Counted from the stretch's first letter, positions 26,074 through 40,098 are shown. The stretch: 64,000 bases of DNA from Octopus vulgaris (GCA_951406725.2 OX597819.1:87048001-87112000); one strand, 5' to 3'. Program-made: numbers and translations. The notes: a model not told the origin generated them from the letters alone.

Positions 26074-26075
<2 letters not shown>
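25560..26075 (-). mobile_element. Repeat family A, long copy
   Basis: Colinear with 28905-29410 and 47195-47670; bounded by TA tracts. Confidence 0.8.
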
Positions 26076-26146
<71 letters not shown>

Positions 26147-26149
<3 letters not shown>

Positions 26150-26955
26150 GACGGCTGGGAGGTAGAACACTACCGAGACGATATATGCATTCGCTACTTC
26201 CGCCCACCCTTTCAGAGACAGCTTCCTTTCTGTCAATTTTCAGATGAACTTGGCCACCCTAGCTATAACCTCTTCCCAGTTCCTATCTACCCGAAGAACT
26301 GATCCGAACCATACGCCGAGCAATTTCACCGGAACCTCCGCCCAGCGATAGAAATAGCTGTTAGTCCACAGGAACTTGCCTCCCTAAGAGCCTACTTGCA
26401 GACCTACTAATTTGTCCTGGTTTATGAGTGCTCCTAAACATGTCTGATATTATTTCAGTGTAATGTCGATAGTTTCCATATCCGAAGAATCCGATATCAT
26501 GACAGTGACGACGTCTGCGTATGCAGACACAGCTCTCTTGTGGACGAATTCAAGTGGGATGCTCCTCAAATTCCAGTGACCTAGTTCCAGCGGGATGCTT
26601 TTCATATGCTCCTCAAATACCGAAAGGTGGTCATTTAATTTGACGACCGGTCAGATGCTACTAAACATTGTGGTCATCCAGCCTCTGAAGAAGGAACCGA
26701 AATCGCTAACCTTTAGGACAGACACAAAATACCGATGTTCCACTCTATCAAAAACTTTGGTGGGGTCCAAATTGACCAGTGCCCCTCCAAAGCCAGTTCT
26801 ATTCCCGATCCGTTCTACGATGTATCGCATGAGGTGGAGATTGTCGTGGATAGACCTACTGGAGATCGCACAAGTTGTGCATCCCCAACTAGACTACCAG
26901 CACCAAGAGTCAGCCTCTTGGCGAGCACCTTACCTAAAATCTTTAGCACAGTGTT
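26147..26955 (-). mobile_element. L1/Tx1-like LINE RT fragment
   Basis: Minus strand IHDNLHLMRYIVE, INLDP, YADVVT, VKLLGVWFGSVL, LSLKG.AEVAN; homologous to 56700-57630. Confidence 0.8.
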
Positions 26956-27007
26956 GAGTAGAGTTATGATGATGATAACTTACTATTACATATTATGCAA
27001 GATGTGA

Positions 27008-27233
27008 TATGAATGCATTAAACGCTTTCACGATCATTTATCTTTTACTTGTTTCAATTATCAGACTGCTGTCATGCTGGAGCACTGCCTAGGAGAAATT
27101 TTAGTCGAATCAATCCATCCTATGAATGCATTAAACGCTTTCACGATCATTTATCTTTTACTTGTTTCAATTATCAGACTGCTGTCATGCTGGAGCACTG
27201 CCTAGGAGAAATTTTAGTCGAATCAATCCATCC
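27008..27233. repeat. Perfect 113-bp tandem duplication
   Basis: 27008-27120 is repeated at 27121-27233 and overlaps the tail of a SINE. Confidence 0.95.
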
Positions 27234-27550
27234 TAATCCTTAAATTTTGGCAAGCTTGGTACTTACTCTATTGGTCTCTTTTGCCGAACCGCTAAGATAA
27301 ATGGAGCGTAAACATATCAACATTGGTTCTCAAGCGGTCATACAAACAATACACACACATGCACACATACACAGATATATACATATATAAGACGGGCTTC
27401 TCTCAGTTCCTATCTACCAAATCCACTCACAATAGTCTGGTCGGCCCGAGGCTATAGTACATGACATTAGGCCAAGGTACCATGCAGTGGGACTGAAGCC
27501 GGAAACTATGTGGTTGAGAAACAAGCTTCTTGCCACACTACCACACCTAT
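27150..27550 (-). mobile_element. tRNA-derived SINE (family of 62036-62452)
   Basis: cttttacttgtttca...catgctggagcac...gccgaaccgctaag...ctaccaaatccactcaca...tgtggttg. Confidence 0.8.
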
Positions 27551-27885
27551 GAACCCCCACCCAAAATGGATTATTTGGCTTGACTTCATTATTACTACTT
27601 TTATATGAACTGATGCACACACAAACTGGCGTCTCCTGACATTGTTTACACGAATACTATTACAAGGATTAGGAATAGTTCGTTGAATTTGGCTCAAGTT
27701 GAAAATTCGTTCACTGCTTCTAAGGATAACACGGAACACATGTGGCTGCCTGTGCTTGTTTGTGTGTGTGTGTGTATAGGTACATTTACATATCTATATC
27801 TATATATCAGTATGTTATATATAAACATATATACATACATATATAAATATAAATATATATCTATATATATATGTATATGTATGTT

Positions 27886-27917
<32 letters not shown>

Positions 27918-28020
27918 TATATATGTATATGTATGTTTGTATCTATAGATATATATATGTATATATATATATATATATATACACATATATATGTATATAT
28001 TTATATGTATATATACATAA

Positions 28021-28630
28021 ATATGAGGGAGTGACCACTATGTGGTTCACTCTAGTGCTAAAAATAGATCCGCTAATGGTATAGCCACTAAAAGTTGTTT
28101 CCAAGAAGAAATACCACTACATTTAACGTAAGGTAAGTGAAACATAGATTAACCCTGAACAATTGTTTCATTATTAATGTAATATGCAATTTTACTTAGA
28201 CATTCGTTTCCAGTAAGTCTTATCGCACTTTTGGCGGGGGAATTTGAATCATAACTACGAATACAATCGATTAAACCGCACGTGAATTTGACGCTCGCTG
28301 CGATTTAATAAATTGTATTTAAGACAAACCTCTGCTGAAGATTTATGGATATTGTGTAAGTAAAATTGAATATTACATTAATAAAGAAACAATTGTTCAG
28401 GGTTAATCTATTTTTTTCGTTATGTTTCATTTACCTTACGTTCAATGTAGTGGTATTTCTTCTTGGAAACAACTTTTAGTGGCTATACCATTAGCGGATC
28501 TATTTTTAGCACTAGAGCGAACCACATAGTGGTCACTCTCTCATATCCCTTGGTTTTTATGTGCTAAGCCACTTGATGTTAAATTGATGGTATTAATAAA
28601 TTAATATCAAAATTTTCACCCTCATTTATA
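28021..28630. repeat. Fold-back element in (TA)n: about 180-bp inverted arms, 150-bp spacer, unique tail
   Basis: 28021-28202 is the reverse complement of 28353-28546 with a few substitutions and one indel. Confidence 0.92.
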
Positions 28631-28632
28631 AA

Positions 28633-28695
<63 letters not shown>

Positions 28696-28718
28696 GTATA
28701 TAAATATAGCATATCTCG

Positions 28719-28757
<39 letters not shown>

Positions 28758-28806
28758 GTGGTTACTCTCTTATATTTATATATATATATATAAATATATA
28801 TATATA

Positions 28807-28887
28807 TCTATATATAAACGGCAGTTTGTCTGTGTGTGTTTCTGTGTGTCTGTTAGGTTGTACCCTCACCCTGACCACGGCTTTCAC
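28807..28887 (+). mobile_element. Helitron 5' end fragment
   Basis: tctatatataaacggcagtttgtctgtg...accctgaccacggctttca is the reverse complement of about 41055-41130. Confidence 0.7.
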
Positions 28888-28904
28888 GAAGGCACTCAGT
28901 CATA

Positions 28905-29410
28905 CAATAGTGTAATAAATAAAATATATGCATACATACATACATATATTTACGTACCTACATCTACATGTATATATACATGCATATATAAATATATATA
29001 CGTGAGTACAGGACACCACAAATAGACGCAGAACTTACCGAGAACGAAAACGTAAAAACAAGCATGGAACGAACCTTTTTTTTACAAAGAAAAAACAGAG
29101 TACTAGAAAAACTACACAAGGAAAAATCCCCTTCATCAGCTGTCCCTAGTTCAACTCCAGCGTGTTTCGAAGGTGAGGACAGAACACGACTCGCCGAACT
29201 AGCCCTTCCTGCGAAGAAATTAAAGGAAATTATTTCGCAGAGGGGTAAAAACAAAGAAAGAACAAAATGTGACACAAACAGGACGTAAAAACGATACAAA
29301 TAAAATTACAAAATAAAATACAAAATAAAATACAAAATAAAAATACAATTACAAAAAAAATACAATACAAGAAATAAAAACACAGAAGAAAACAACCAAA
29401 GAGGGCGTAT
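28905..29410 (-). mobile_element. Repeat family A, long copy
   Basis: Colinear with 25560-26075. Confidence 0.8.
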
Positions 29411-29443
29411 GTATAAATATATATATACATATATGTATTTATA

Positions 29444-29482
<39 letters not shown>

Positions 29483-29488
<6 letters not shown>

Positions 29489-30172
29489 CAATCAAGGAAC
29501 TGCCATAATAGGCCATTCACCCACTAGAAATAACAGCCAAAAGCTTTAACCGCAAAATAACGTCAATTCCGTAAACCAGGAGAAAATTGAAAAACATTTA
29601 CCCTGTAATTTCTTAGACGATGCACCGTTTCATCTTCTGTTTAATGGAAAACTAACCTGATTAAATTAAATCAAGCCAATCTACCATAGGCCCTTAGATT
29701 CATCAGTAAGAAATAGCCAAACCGGAACAGATATTTTTCACGAGGCATTCTCATTGCTACCTCGTCAATATCTGACCTAAAATTTTCAAATCGTCGCACT
29801 CGCGCCAAATTTATCGGCAGCAAATAAATATAAGCCGCCGATAAATTTGGCGCGAGTGCGACGATTTGAAAATTTTAGGTCAGATATTGACGAGGTAGCA
29901 ATGAGAATGCCTCGTGAAAAATATCTGTTCCGGTTTGGCTATTTCTTACTGATGAATCTAAGGGCCTATGGTAGATTGGCTTGATTTAATTTAATCAGGT
30001 TAGTTTTCCATTAAACAGAAGATGAAACGGTGCATCGTCTAAGAAATTACAGGGTAAATGTTTTTCAATTTTCTCCTGGTTTACGGAATTGACGTTATTT
30101 TGCGGTTAAAGCTTTTGGCTGTTATTTCTAGTGGGTGAATGGCCTATTATGGCCGTTCCTTGATTGTTAATT
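29483..30172. repeat. Near-perfect long palindrome (336-bp arms, 18-nt loop)
   Basis: 29483-29818 is the reverse complement of 29837-30172; I see one mismatch (ggaacTgcc vs ggaacGgcc). Confidence 0.97.
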
Positions 30173-30275
30173 GTTGAACTTAAAAATGGTTTATGACTAT
30201 TTAATTTTTTCCCACTAGGCCGCTGGTGGCAAAAGAATTCTACAAAATTTTTTTTGGCACCCTATATTGATTAAT

Positions 30276-30324
<49 letters not shown>

Positions 30325-30337
30325 GTATGTATGTATG

Positions 30338-30397
<60 letters not shown>

Positions 30398-30539
30398 TCG
30401 CCATACTAATATGGCAGTCTTATAAATATAAGACTAAAGCTGTCGCTGATTAGCTCCATGAGGCCATCGCCTTAAGCTAGCTATTTGACACACAAACTGC
30501 GTCCATTATAAATCTTCGACTTAGTAATTTTAATATTAC

Positions 30540-30578
<39 letters not shown>

Positions 30579-30609
30579 GTATGTATGTATGTATGTATGT
30601 ATGTATATG

Positions 30610-31855
30610 TATAGGGAGAGTTTATGAAAAAAACAAAAGACGAAGACAGGTGGTGTACAAAACAAACAGATGTATTAGTATAACGCTCAGGAATAGAAAA
30701 GTCTGTTACGTTTCGAGCCTACGCTCTTCTACAGAAAGGGACACAGAAAACCAGGGGAGAAAAAGGAGAGAAAAAATGTGTGTAGTGGCTAACGATCTAT
30801 CATGGCGTCTAACTCGGACAGAAGGGTCACACACGAGAAGGAAAGTAGGGGAGATAACAAAGTAAATATGACCCCCAACACGAAGGTGCGCGTGTGTATA
30901 AGAGAGTATGTATGTGCGTGTGAAAGAGGGCCCGGTGGTTTGGACGTGTGCGTGTATATATGTGTAGGTGTGAAAATGTGGGGATGGGTGTGTGGGTGGT
31001 TGTGTGGGTGGTGTGTTGTGATGTGATGTGTAATGTTGAATGGTGTAGTGTGATGTGATGTTGTTGGGGGGTGGGGACGGCGAGAGTGGGGAAAGCACGG
31101 GTGGGGTGTGGGTTCGGCTGAGGGTTGGGGTAGAGTTAGTGTTTGTGGATAGGCAGAGGGTGGGGGTAGAGGTGGATATGTGGGGGAGGGTGTATGGGAA
31201 GGATAAGGAAGGTGGAGTAGGAATGTTTAGGGGTGGGTGGGCTTATGGGGAGGGGAAGGTAGTTAAGTGAGGAGAGAGAGGAGGAGAGAAGAGAGAAAGA
31301 GAGGGTGAAAGAGTAGGAGAGAAGAGAGAGGAGAGAGAAAGAGGGAAGAGAGAAAGAGAGTAAGAGAGAAGAGAGAAAGACAGTAAGAGGGAAGAGGGAA
31401 AAGGGGAGAGAAAGAGAGTAGGAGAGAAGAGAGAAAGAGAGAAGAGAGAAAGAGAGAAAGAGAGCAAGAGAGAAGAGGGAAAGAGAGTAGGGGTGAAGAG
31501 AAGTAGCAGTGAAAAGAAGTAGGAGTTGGGGAGGAGGTTAGATGAAGAGGGAAGGAGAGTTGAGCCCAAATAGCGTAAAAGAGCGAAGAGTCCGAATGGC
31601 CTCTGTGCAAGGACAATCCGAATACAGACAGGTGTTGGAAAGAGTGACTGGTAGAGCGGAAATGGCGTGAGACCGGGGTGTCATTGCCGAGGCGGATGCC
31701 TCGGAGGTGTTCCGCGAACCGGTCAGCCAAGTGGCGTCCCCTTTGTCCGATGTACAGGGAATGGTGCAGGTGAAGGAGTCGATGATGCGATGGGTGCCGG
31801 TGAGGAGGGTGGTGTTGGAGAGGTAAGGGCAAGTGCGGCAGCGTGGGCAGATGTA
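30610..31855 (-). mobile_element. 5'-truncated Penelope-like element (GIY-YIG fragment, CT-rich 3' region, hammerhead)
   Basis: HHSLYIGQRGRHLADRFAEHLRGIRLGNDTPVSRHF in ORF 31263-31868; hammerhead motif downstream on the same strand. Confidence 0.85.
30703..30738 (-). ncRNA. Minimal hammerhead ribozyme variant
   Basis: Minus strand cttt-CTGTAGA-A-GAGC-gtag-GCTC-GAAAC-GTA-acag; helix III is reduced to the ACGT palindrome. Confidence 0.65.
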
Positions 31856-32228
31856 TATACACACACATATATATATATATATATTATATGTAGAAAAATA
31901 CAAAATGGGACAAGAACGTAAAACATTTAGAAGACGATACAAAAAACACGGACGGGACATTCGAAGCCTTCAATCTTCAGTCAAGAACCAGATCATCCTA
32001 GCAATTTCGGCTGATTAATCTTGAGATCGCTCCGATCCGGCCAGCCCTAAGGAAAAACTAAGCTACGAGCATTAGATTTCTTGGAAAAAGGATCGAATGT
32101 ATACGAAACAGGGACAGAAAAACGGACGATGCCACACGAATATAAAATACAAAAAACAATAATGGTAAAAACAGGACAAAAACAGCAGGTGTCTTACGAC
32201 TAATAGACAATACAACTTAGTTTAGCTG

Positions 32229-32360
<132 letters not shown>

Positions 32361-32834
32361 TTATATATATATATATATATAAACAATCAAAGTAGCTAGT
32401 TGTAAAATATCTATAAGAGATGCAAGTAGTAACTTTACTGAAAAGTAATGGTTTGTTGCTACTTTAACATGGCTGTTCCGTGCGGAACAATGTCACTACT
32501 CTTTTTAAATCCTAGGAGGACATCTCCTCCAGCTGGTTAACGACACAAAACCAGTGTCTGATATTGCGAGCAAGGGGGCGAACCCCTCACTTCCAAAACA
32601 GGACCAGTGACAGGATCACTAGGCCAGAACTGGTTTCTGGGTCTTACCTTTCTCAGTACTGGACACCTGACTGGAAGACATGGTAGTCGTTCGTCCCTGT
32701 TCGCAATATATAAGAAAGAATGTCTCTTATTTTTTTATATATATTTCGAGCAGGGACGAACGGCGTGTAGCAGATTTAGTGACACAGAATCTCACGCATA
32801 TGTAAAACAAAAAAAAAAGTAGTTATTATAGGTA

Positions 32835-33218
32835 CAGCAATGTGGTGAGAAGCATTCTTTTCGACCGCATGGTTTCGGGTTCCATTACATTGAGAGTCGC
32901 ATTGGGCAAATGTCTTCTAGTATCGACTAAAGTCTTGTGAGTGGATTTGGTAGATGGAAACTGAAAGAAGTCCGTCATATATATGTGTGTAGTTGTGTGG
33001 TTTAGTGTCCTTGTGTCTGTGTTTGTCCTCCAACACAGCTTGACAATCGGTGTTGGAATGTTTACGTCCCCATACACAAGCTGTTCAGCAAATGAGTTAG
33101 ATAAAATAAGTACCAGGCTTAAAAATGTAAATACTGGGGGTTAATTCATTCGACTAATTTTCTTCAATGCAGTGCCCCAGCATGGCCGAAGTCTGATGAC
33201 TGAAACAAGCAAAAACAA
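32835..33218 (+). mobile_element. tRNA-derived SINE (family of 62036-62452)
   Basis: Reverse-complement match: gtgagtggatttggtagatggaaactgaaagaag...ataagtaccaggctt...ccagcatggcc...tgactgaaacaag. Confidence 0.8.
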
Positions 33219-33563
33219 AAAATATTACCCTTGGTTGTGATGGTATTGCTGTAGGTAAACAGTTGAATGCTGTGGGATGTACTTGGCAGCCAAGGTCACT
33301 TAGAGTTCAAAAAAATCACAATAATACTTCCTGCCCTCTTATTTTTTCTTTTCTTTTCTTTTAATAATCTCACAGGATGTGAGCTTGCCTACTTTGCAGG
33401 GCATATTTTCTTAATTCGCTATTTCTTCTTAGAGACAAGAAGCTAGGGTGTTTTATTGTTTAACCTAGATATGCAAGTTCACATATCATAATGGCATGCA
33501 TAAGGCCATGAGGATAAACCAATCAGTCGACCGTCAGGCCCCCAATGTCTCATGCCGAAGGAC

Positions 33564-33654
33564 TCTTCTTCTTCTGCTTCTTCTTCTTTTTCTTCTTCTT
33601 CTTCTTCTTCTTCTTCTTCTTCTTCTTCTTCTTCTTTTTCTTCTTCTTCTTCTT

Positions 33655-33685
<31 letters not shown>

Positions 33686-33775
33686 TTATTCTTCTTCTTC
33701 TTCTCTTCTTCTTCTTCTTCTTCTTCTTCTTCTTCTTCTTCTTCTTCTTCTTCTTCTTCTTCTTCTTCTTCTTCT
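33564..33775. repeat. (CTT)n microsatellite
   Basis: Directly visible. Confidence 0.98.
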
Positions 33776-35199
33776 CTCTCCCTCTCTTTCTGTTTATCTA
33801 CGTATATATATATATATATATACATATATATGAGTATGTGTGAGTATGTGTGTTTTGTGTATGTGTGGGGGTGTGATTGCGCGTACACGTGCGTGTACAT
33901 GTATACATACATACACAGACACGCCTTGGACAATTGACTTCTACTATAGCCTTGGGCCAACCAAAGCAGTAGATTTGGTAGATAGAAACTGAAAAAAGGC
34001 CGTCCTATATATATATATATATATACACGAATGCTTCCCGGCGTTGCCCGTGTGTTATGACCTATAAGCACATTGTATTATTTGCTCCTTTCTTATGGGC
34101 AGAATCGGCACCACTGATATATACTTAATGGCATAATAGAAGTTATTGTTTGTTTAAAAGTCAAGGAGTACAATTTACATGGGTTTGCATGAAAGGACTA
34201 AGCCACTGGAAGTGAAAAATTCAATTAATTTCCATTTCCCTTCGATATGATTAAGTATTGTAAGTTTTTGGATAATTTTCGAATTTTAAAAGTTGGCATT
34301 TTTTTTTATTGCCGACGAGGGGCTGCGCCTGCACAGTAGATTTTGAAAACATTAGGATGTATAAACAAGAGGCACATAGTTGATTACCTCGTGTTTTATA
34401 TATTTAATCTAAGGTGTACCTGTTGATGACGATTTCAACTAGCGAATATTATTTATTTGGTAAACTAAAATCAGAAACCAATTGGTCCAGGAAACTAGTT
34501 TTTATTTTTTCATTTCGTTCCTGTCGAGATATAATCCCTAATTTTATGGTTATGGAACCTAACTGTTTTTTCTAGCGTGTTGAATCCCACGAGTGGATTC
34601 CTTATGTGTTTGAATGTACACTGTATTTTATGAGTAATACATAGTCTTTGGACTAAATTTTTACACGCTAGGCCACTGGAAGGGAAAAATTTCTATTAAT
34701 TTCCATTTCCCTTCGATATGATTAAGTATATATATAGAACCGTCCTTACTCATCATTGTCTTATAGCTAGCAATTTTCCCCATATCTTCTTCATCTTCTT
34801 GGCATCTTACCACAACTGCAAACTTTCTGTCTTCCTTCAATTTCTCGTCCATTTTTCCAATAGCCTGCAACAGTTCGTCTTCGAACTGAGGTCTGAATAG
34901 AAATTTTTTTTTTTTTTTTTTTTTGCTTTTTCCCATTGGGCTAACTCTCATTATAAGAGGAGAGAAAGCACAAACAAGCTGCTACAAGGCAGCAAAAATA
35001 GTTCACAAATGTGTTCAAACACAAACATTTCAGCACAAAAATTACACGTTTTAACACTATTAAAAATACCAGTAAAACAACTTACTAACAACCTGAGGTG
35101 GCGACGCTTCCTCTCAACGATTAGCCGAAGATGATTTTTAAAATGAGAATATCTGGGTTAAAATTGTCTGCTCTCACAAACGAGAATACTAAAAATGAA

Positions 35200-35425
35200 C
35201 ACGACTGTTTTCAAAGATTAAGTTTAAAAAATGGTAAAATAAGCCAGAATCCTTGTCCGGTACCGAATCAATCTCAAAATCTAAGCAGTTCGTGCCAGTC
35301 ACAAGGCCAAACATCTCTGAAAGTTTCACCCGAATCCATCCAGCGGTTCTTGAGAAATCTTGTGCACGGACAAACAAAGACGACTGAATACAATACCTCC
35401 GCTTAAGCGAAGGCGGAGGTAATAA
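35200..35425 (+). mobile_element. Helentron-associated (HINE-like) element 3' end
   Basis: aagtttcacccgaatcc...ttcttgagaaatcttg...acaaac followed by the terminal hairpin tacctccgcttaagcgaaggcggaggta (35394-35421). Confidence 0.55.
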
Positions 35426-35789
35426 TAACACAGAGACAATAATAAAATGTCAATAATAAATCTCTGAATGAGATGCTTGCAGGCAGTTTTTCGAAATCAG
35501 TGACGGAAGTTATTGGAAAAACAATAAATAAATATTTGCAAACAGGTCTCCCTTCATCGAAAACCGGTGACTACCGTACGCCGAAGACAGACAAATACCT
35601 CGAAGCTGCAGTCCGTGCGTGTCACTTAGGTTTACGAGAGAGGGATGACCTCCCTTTGCAAATACCATAAGGGCACAGAAAGTGTGCCTAAAGCCAGCTG
35701 GAGACGATGATCTCCTGGGACTAAAAGCTACAGTAACACCCGCCCTTAGTGGTTAGCCATATTGAGATGGCTAGTATACTTTACATTAA

Positions 35790-37205
<1,416 letters not shown>

Positions 37206-37240
37206 CCGTTGTTGTCTCTGTGTTATTATTGTTGTTGCTT

Positions 37241-37273
<33 letters not shown>

Positions 37274-37662
37274 GTTTTTGTTGTTTATTTTGGTATTTCA
37301 AAGATTTTTTTTTTTTTTAATTTGTGATGCCGACGATGGGGTGGCCATGAAATATAAAAGGAATTGGAGGAACGAATTAGACTAGAAGAAAGAGTGAAGT
37401 AAATCAACAAAGTATTAAATAAATAAATAAATAGATGAATAAATAAAAAGAAAGAAACGAATAAAAACTGAAAAAAAAAAGAAAGAAAGGAAAAGAATAG
37501 TTAAGGAATATAGAAGCAAAAAGAAAGAAAGAACATAAAAAATATATACGATAAAGTAATCTAGATATCAAGATTAGTTGCTGTTCAGTTAATAAAGTCT
37601 CCAGGCAACGTAGACAGACTGGCATTTACATCGAAAGAAAATACATGTGCACGTACGCATAT

Positions 37663-37730
<68 letters not shown>

Positions 37731-38178
37731 ACACACATATATATATGCGTACATGCAGAGCATTCAAATATGAATATATGTACACACACAGAGACAGTAC
37801 ACAAACATGCATATAATTTTATATTTAAAAAATACAAAGATGGGGCAAGAACGCAACACATCCAGACAGTAAGGTAATACAAAAAAAAGGGACAACAAAA
37901 CACCCAGTCAGACGATACAAAGAAAAACAAGGACGGGTCATTCGGAGTTTTCTATCCTCATGGACTCTCCTGTCGAAGACGACATATGAACGTTCAGCTT
38001 TTGCTGAGTGACCTGCACAAATGATTTGTTTTATAATGATCAAATACAACGCACCACCCGGTCTAGGAATTGAAACCACGATCTAATTTAATTCTATAAT
38101 TCATATTAAGTTCCATATCAGGTACAGCTTTTATCAGTATTAAAAATACCTGAGTATGTTTAACACTTACAAGTTATG

Positions 38179-38261
<83 letters not shown>
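38179..38261. repeat. (TCTA)n microsatellite
   Basis: Directly visible. Confidence 0.98.
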
Positions 38262-38263
<2 letters not shown>

Positions 38264-38312
38264 AGCTTCCTGCCTGCTTGTATGTATGTACGTGCATACA
38301 CACAATCACACA

Positions 38313-38356
<44 letters not shown>

Positions 38357-39004
38357 TGCACACATACACACACTGCTTTGTACATTTGTATGTTTGGGTT
38401 TTTAATTTGTCATTTTATCTATGAATTTCGTTCCGAATTTTTTCTTTATTTTTTTTCTTCAATTCTGAGACCCATAATAAACCGGAAGTGGAATGTTCAG
38501 GCCTCCAGTAGAAAAACGCCCAGCCATATATTGTTATTCATACATATCCAATGATTGCAAATTTACCTGTCCACTTCTTGATGTAGGCTGAAATGGTAGG
38601 CAGCAGATGGAGTGAGGAAAGTTTTGGTAGTTAGAGGTGTTGGAGTGAGAGAGGCAAGCGAGTTTATAAATGATAGGAAAGCTTGGAGAGTGTTTGTGGA
38701 CGGATGAGTGTATTTGATGTTGCTCAAAGGTGTACGGAACCAGCATGATGTGGCGGAGGTAAACCAACATATGCTATCGGGCCCCGCTGCTGATATTGGG
38801 GGTTGCGATCTATGCCTTGACCTGAGCATAGAACGGGGCTCGCCCCTTTGAGCTGGGAAATGAATGGAATGCCTGATGGGTGTCTTGCTGTGACTACTCC
38901 CTCCTTAAAAAGGGCCTAGGTATATGTATATACTTCTTGGTGGATATCGCTCTGAGAGCGTTTGGTAAAATTAACTGGCTGTCATAGGAATAAAATATCA
39001 TATA

Positions 39005-39874
39005 CGCGGTATGATCAATAAGTATCCGGACGGTTGCCATAGTAACGAAGCTAAAGCACGCAGAGTAAAGCTGCTTGGCACAGAATGACATTGAACTCTG
39101 CTGTGTATACACATTAAGTTTCTACTCACTTCTGCTGTTTACAGCAGTGCTTGGGAAGGTGTGTAGCGTGTGATCGTCGCATTGTCCATGACAGAGAAAG
39201 CTGAGCAAACAATCTGCAGCAAATTTTGCCAAAAGCTTGGCGATACCTGCTCAGACACCTACGCAAAGTTTTCAAAATGTTTTCATCGTTCACGACGCAA
39301 TCGGCGAGATCTTGTACAACGACGCAATCGGCGAGATCGTGTGTCCTTGCGTCAGCGGAAGGCAGTTTCGTCATAAACTTTGCAGACACGCGTCTCATAC
39401 CCAAATTTTCAGTGATAATAGACTGAGCTGAACCGTAACTAATCTTCACATGTTCTGATAATTCATGGAAGGTGATTAAATGATTTCCCCCACACAGCTG
39501 CTCGAACATCTGCGATGTTTTTCTCAGTTCTGCTGGTTGTAGGTCTCCTAGAACGTTCGTCAATATCGACATTTTTTCGCCCATCTTGGAAACGTCTGAA
39601 TCACTCACACACTTGTGTGCGGCTCATACACTTCTCTCCATAAACTTTCAGCCAATTTGCGTAGGTCTCCGAGCAGGTATCGCCATGACAACTTTTGCGA
39701 CAATCACAAACTACGCACCTTCCTTGCAAGCACTGGTATAAACAGCAGAAGTGAGCTAGAATGTTAAAACTTAGTGCACATGTACAACACTGTTCAAGAT
39801 CAATCTATTCCAAGTGGCTTAACTCTGCGTGCTTTAGCTTCGTTACAGTTGGGATACTTATTGACCAGACCTTG
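39005..39874. mobile_element. Mariner-derived non-autonomous element with long TIRs
   Basis: TA on both sides; tcaataagtatcc...gtaacgaagctaaagcacgcagagt inverted at both ends; transposase N-terminal remnants on both strands. Confidence 0.88.
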
Positions 39875-40047
39875 TAAATAAGAACATGCCTACACTATTA
39901 GTATACGACTGCCTGTTTTTCCCAACTCTTGTAAACTTAATAGACCCCACTGCACGGCACCTTGAAGAAGTGTCTTTTATGATAGCCACGGGCCAACTAA
40001 AAACCTTGTAAATGGATTTGGTTGATGGAAACTGAAAGAAGCCCGTC

Positions 40048-40098
<51 letters not shown>

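Noticed and set aside
29881-29927. SECIS- or hammerhead-like stem within the palindrome arm (ttgacga...gaaa)
   Set aside because: The helix register and length do not fit SECIS and there is no UH cleavage site; a simple hairpin explains it
31955-32012. Minus-strand GAAA...CTGAAGA in another TA-embedded repeat (relative at about 37935)
   Set aside because: Could not build consistent helices I and III
38540-38930. LINE 3' remnant
   Set aside because: The composition is suggestive, but I could not identify a diagnostic motif
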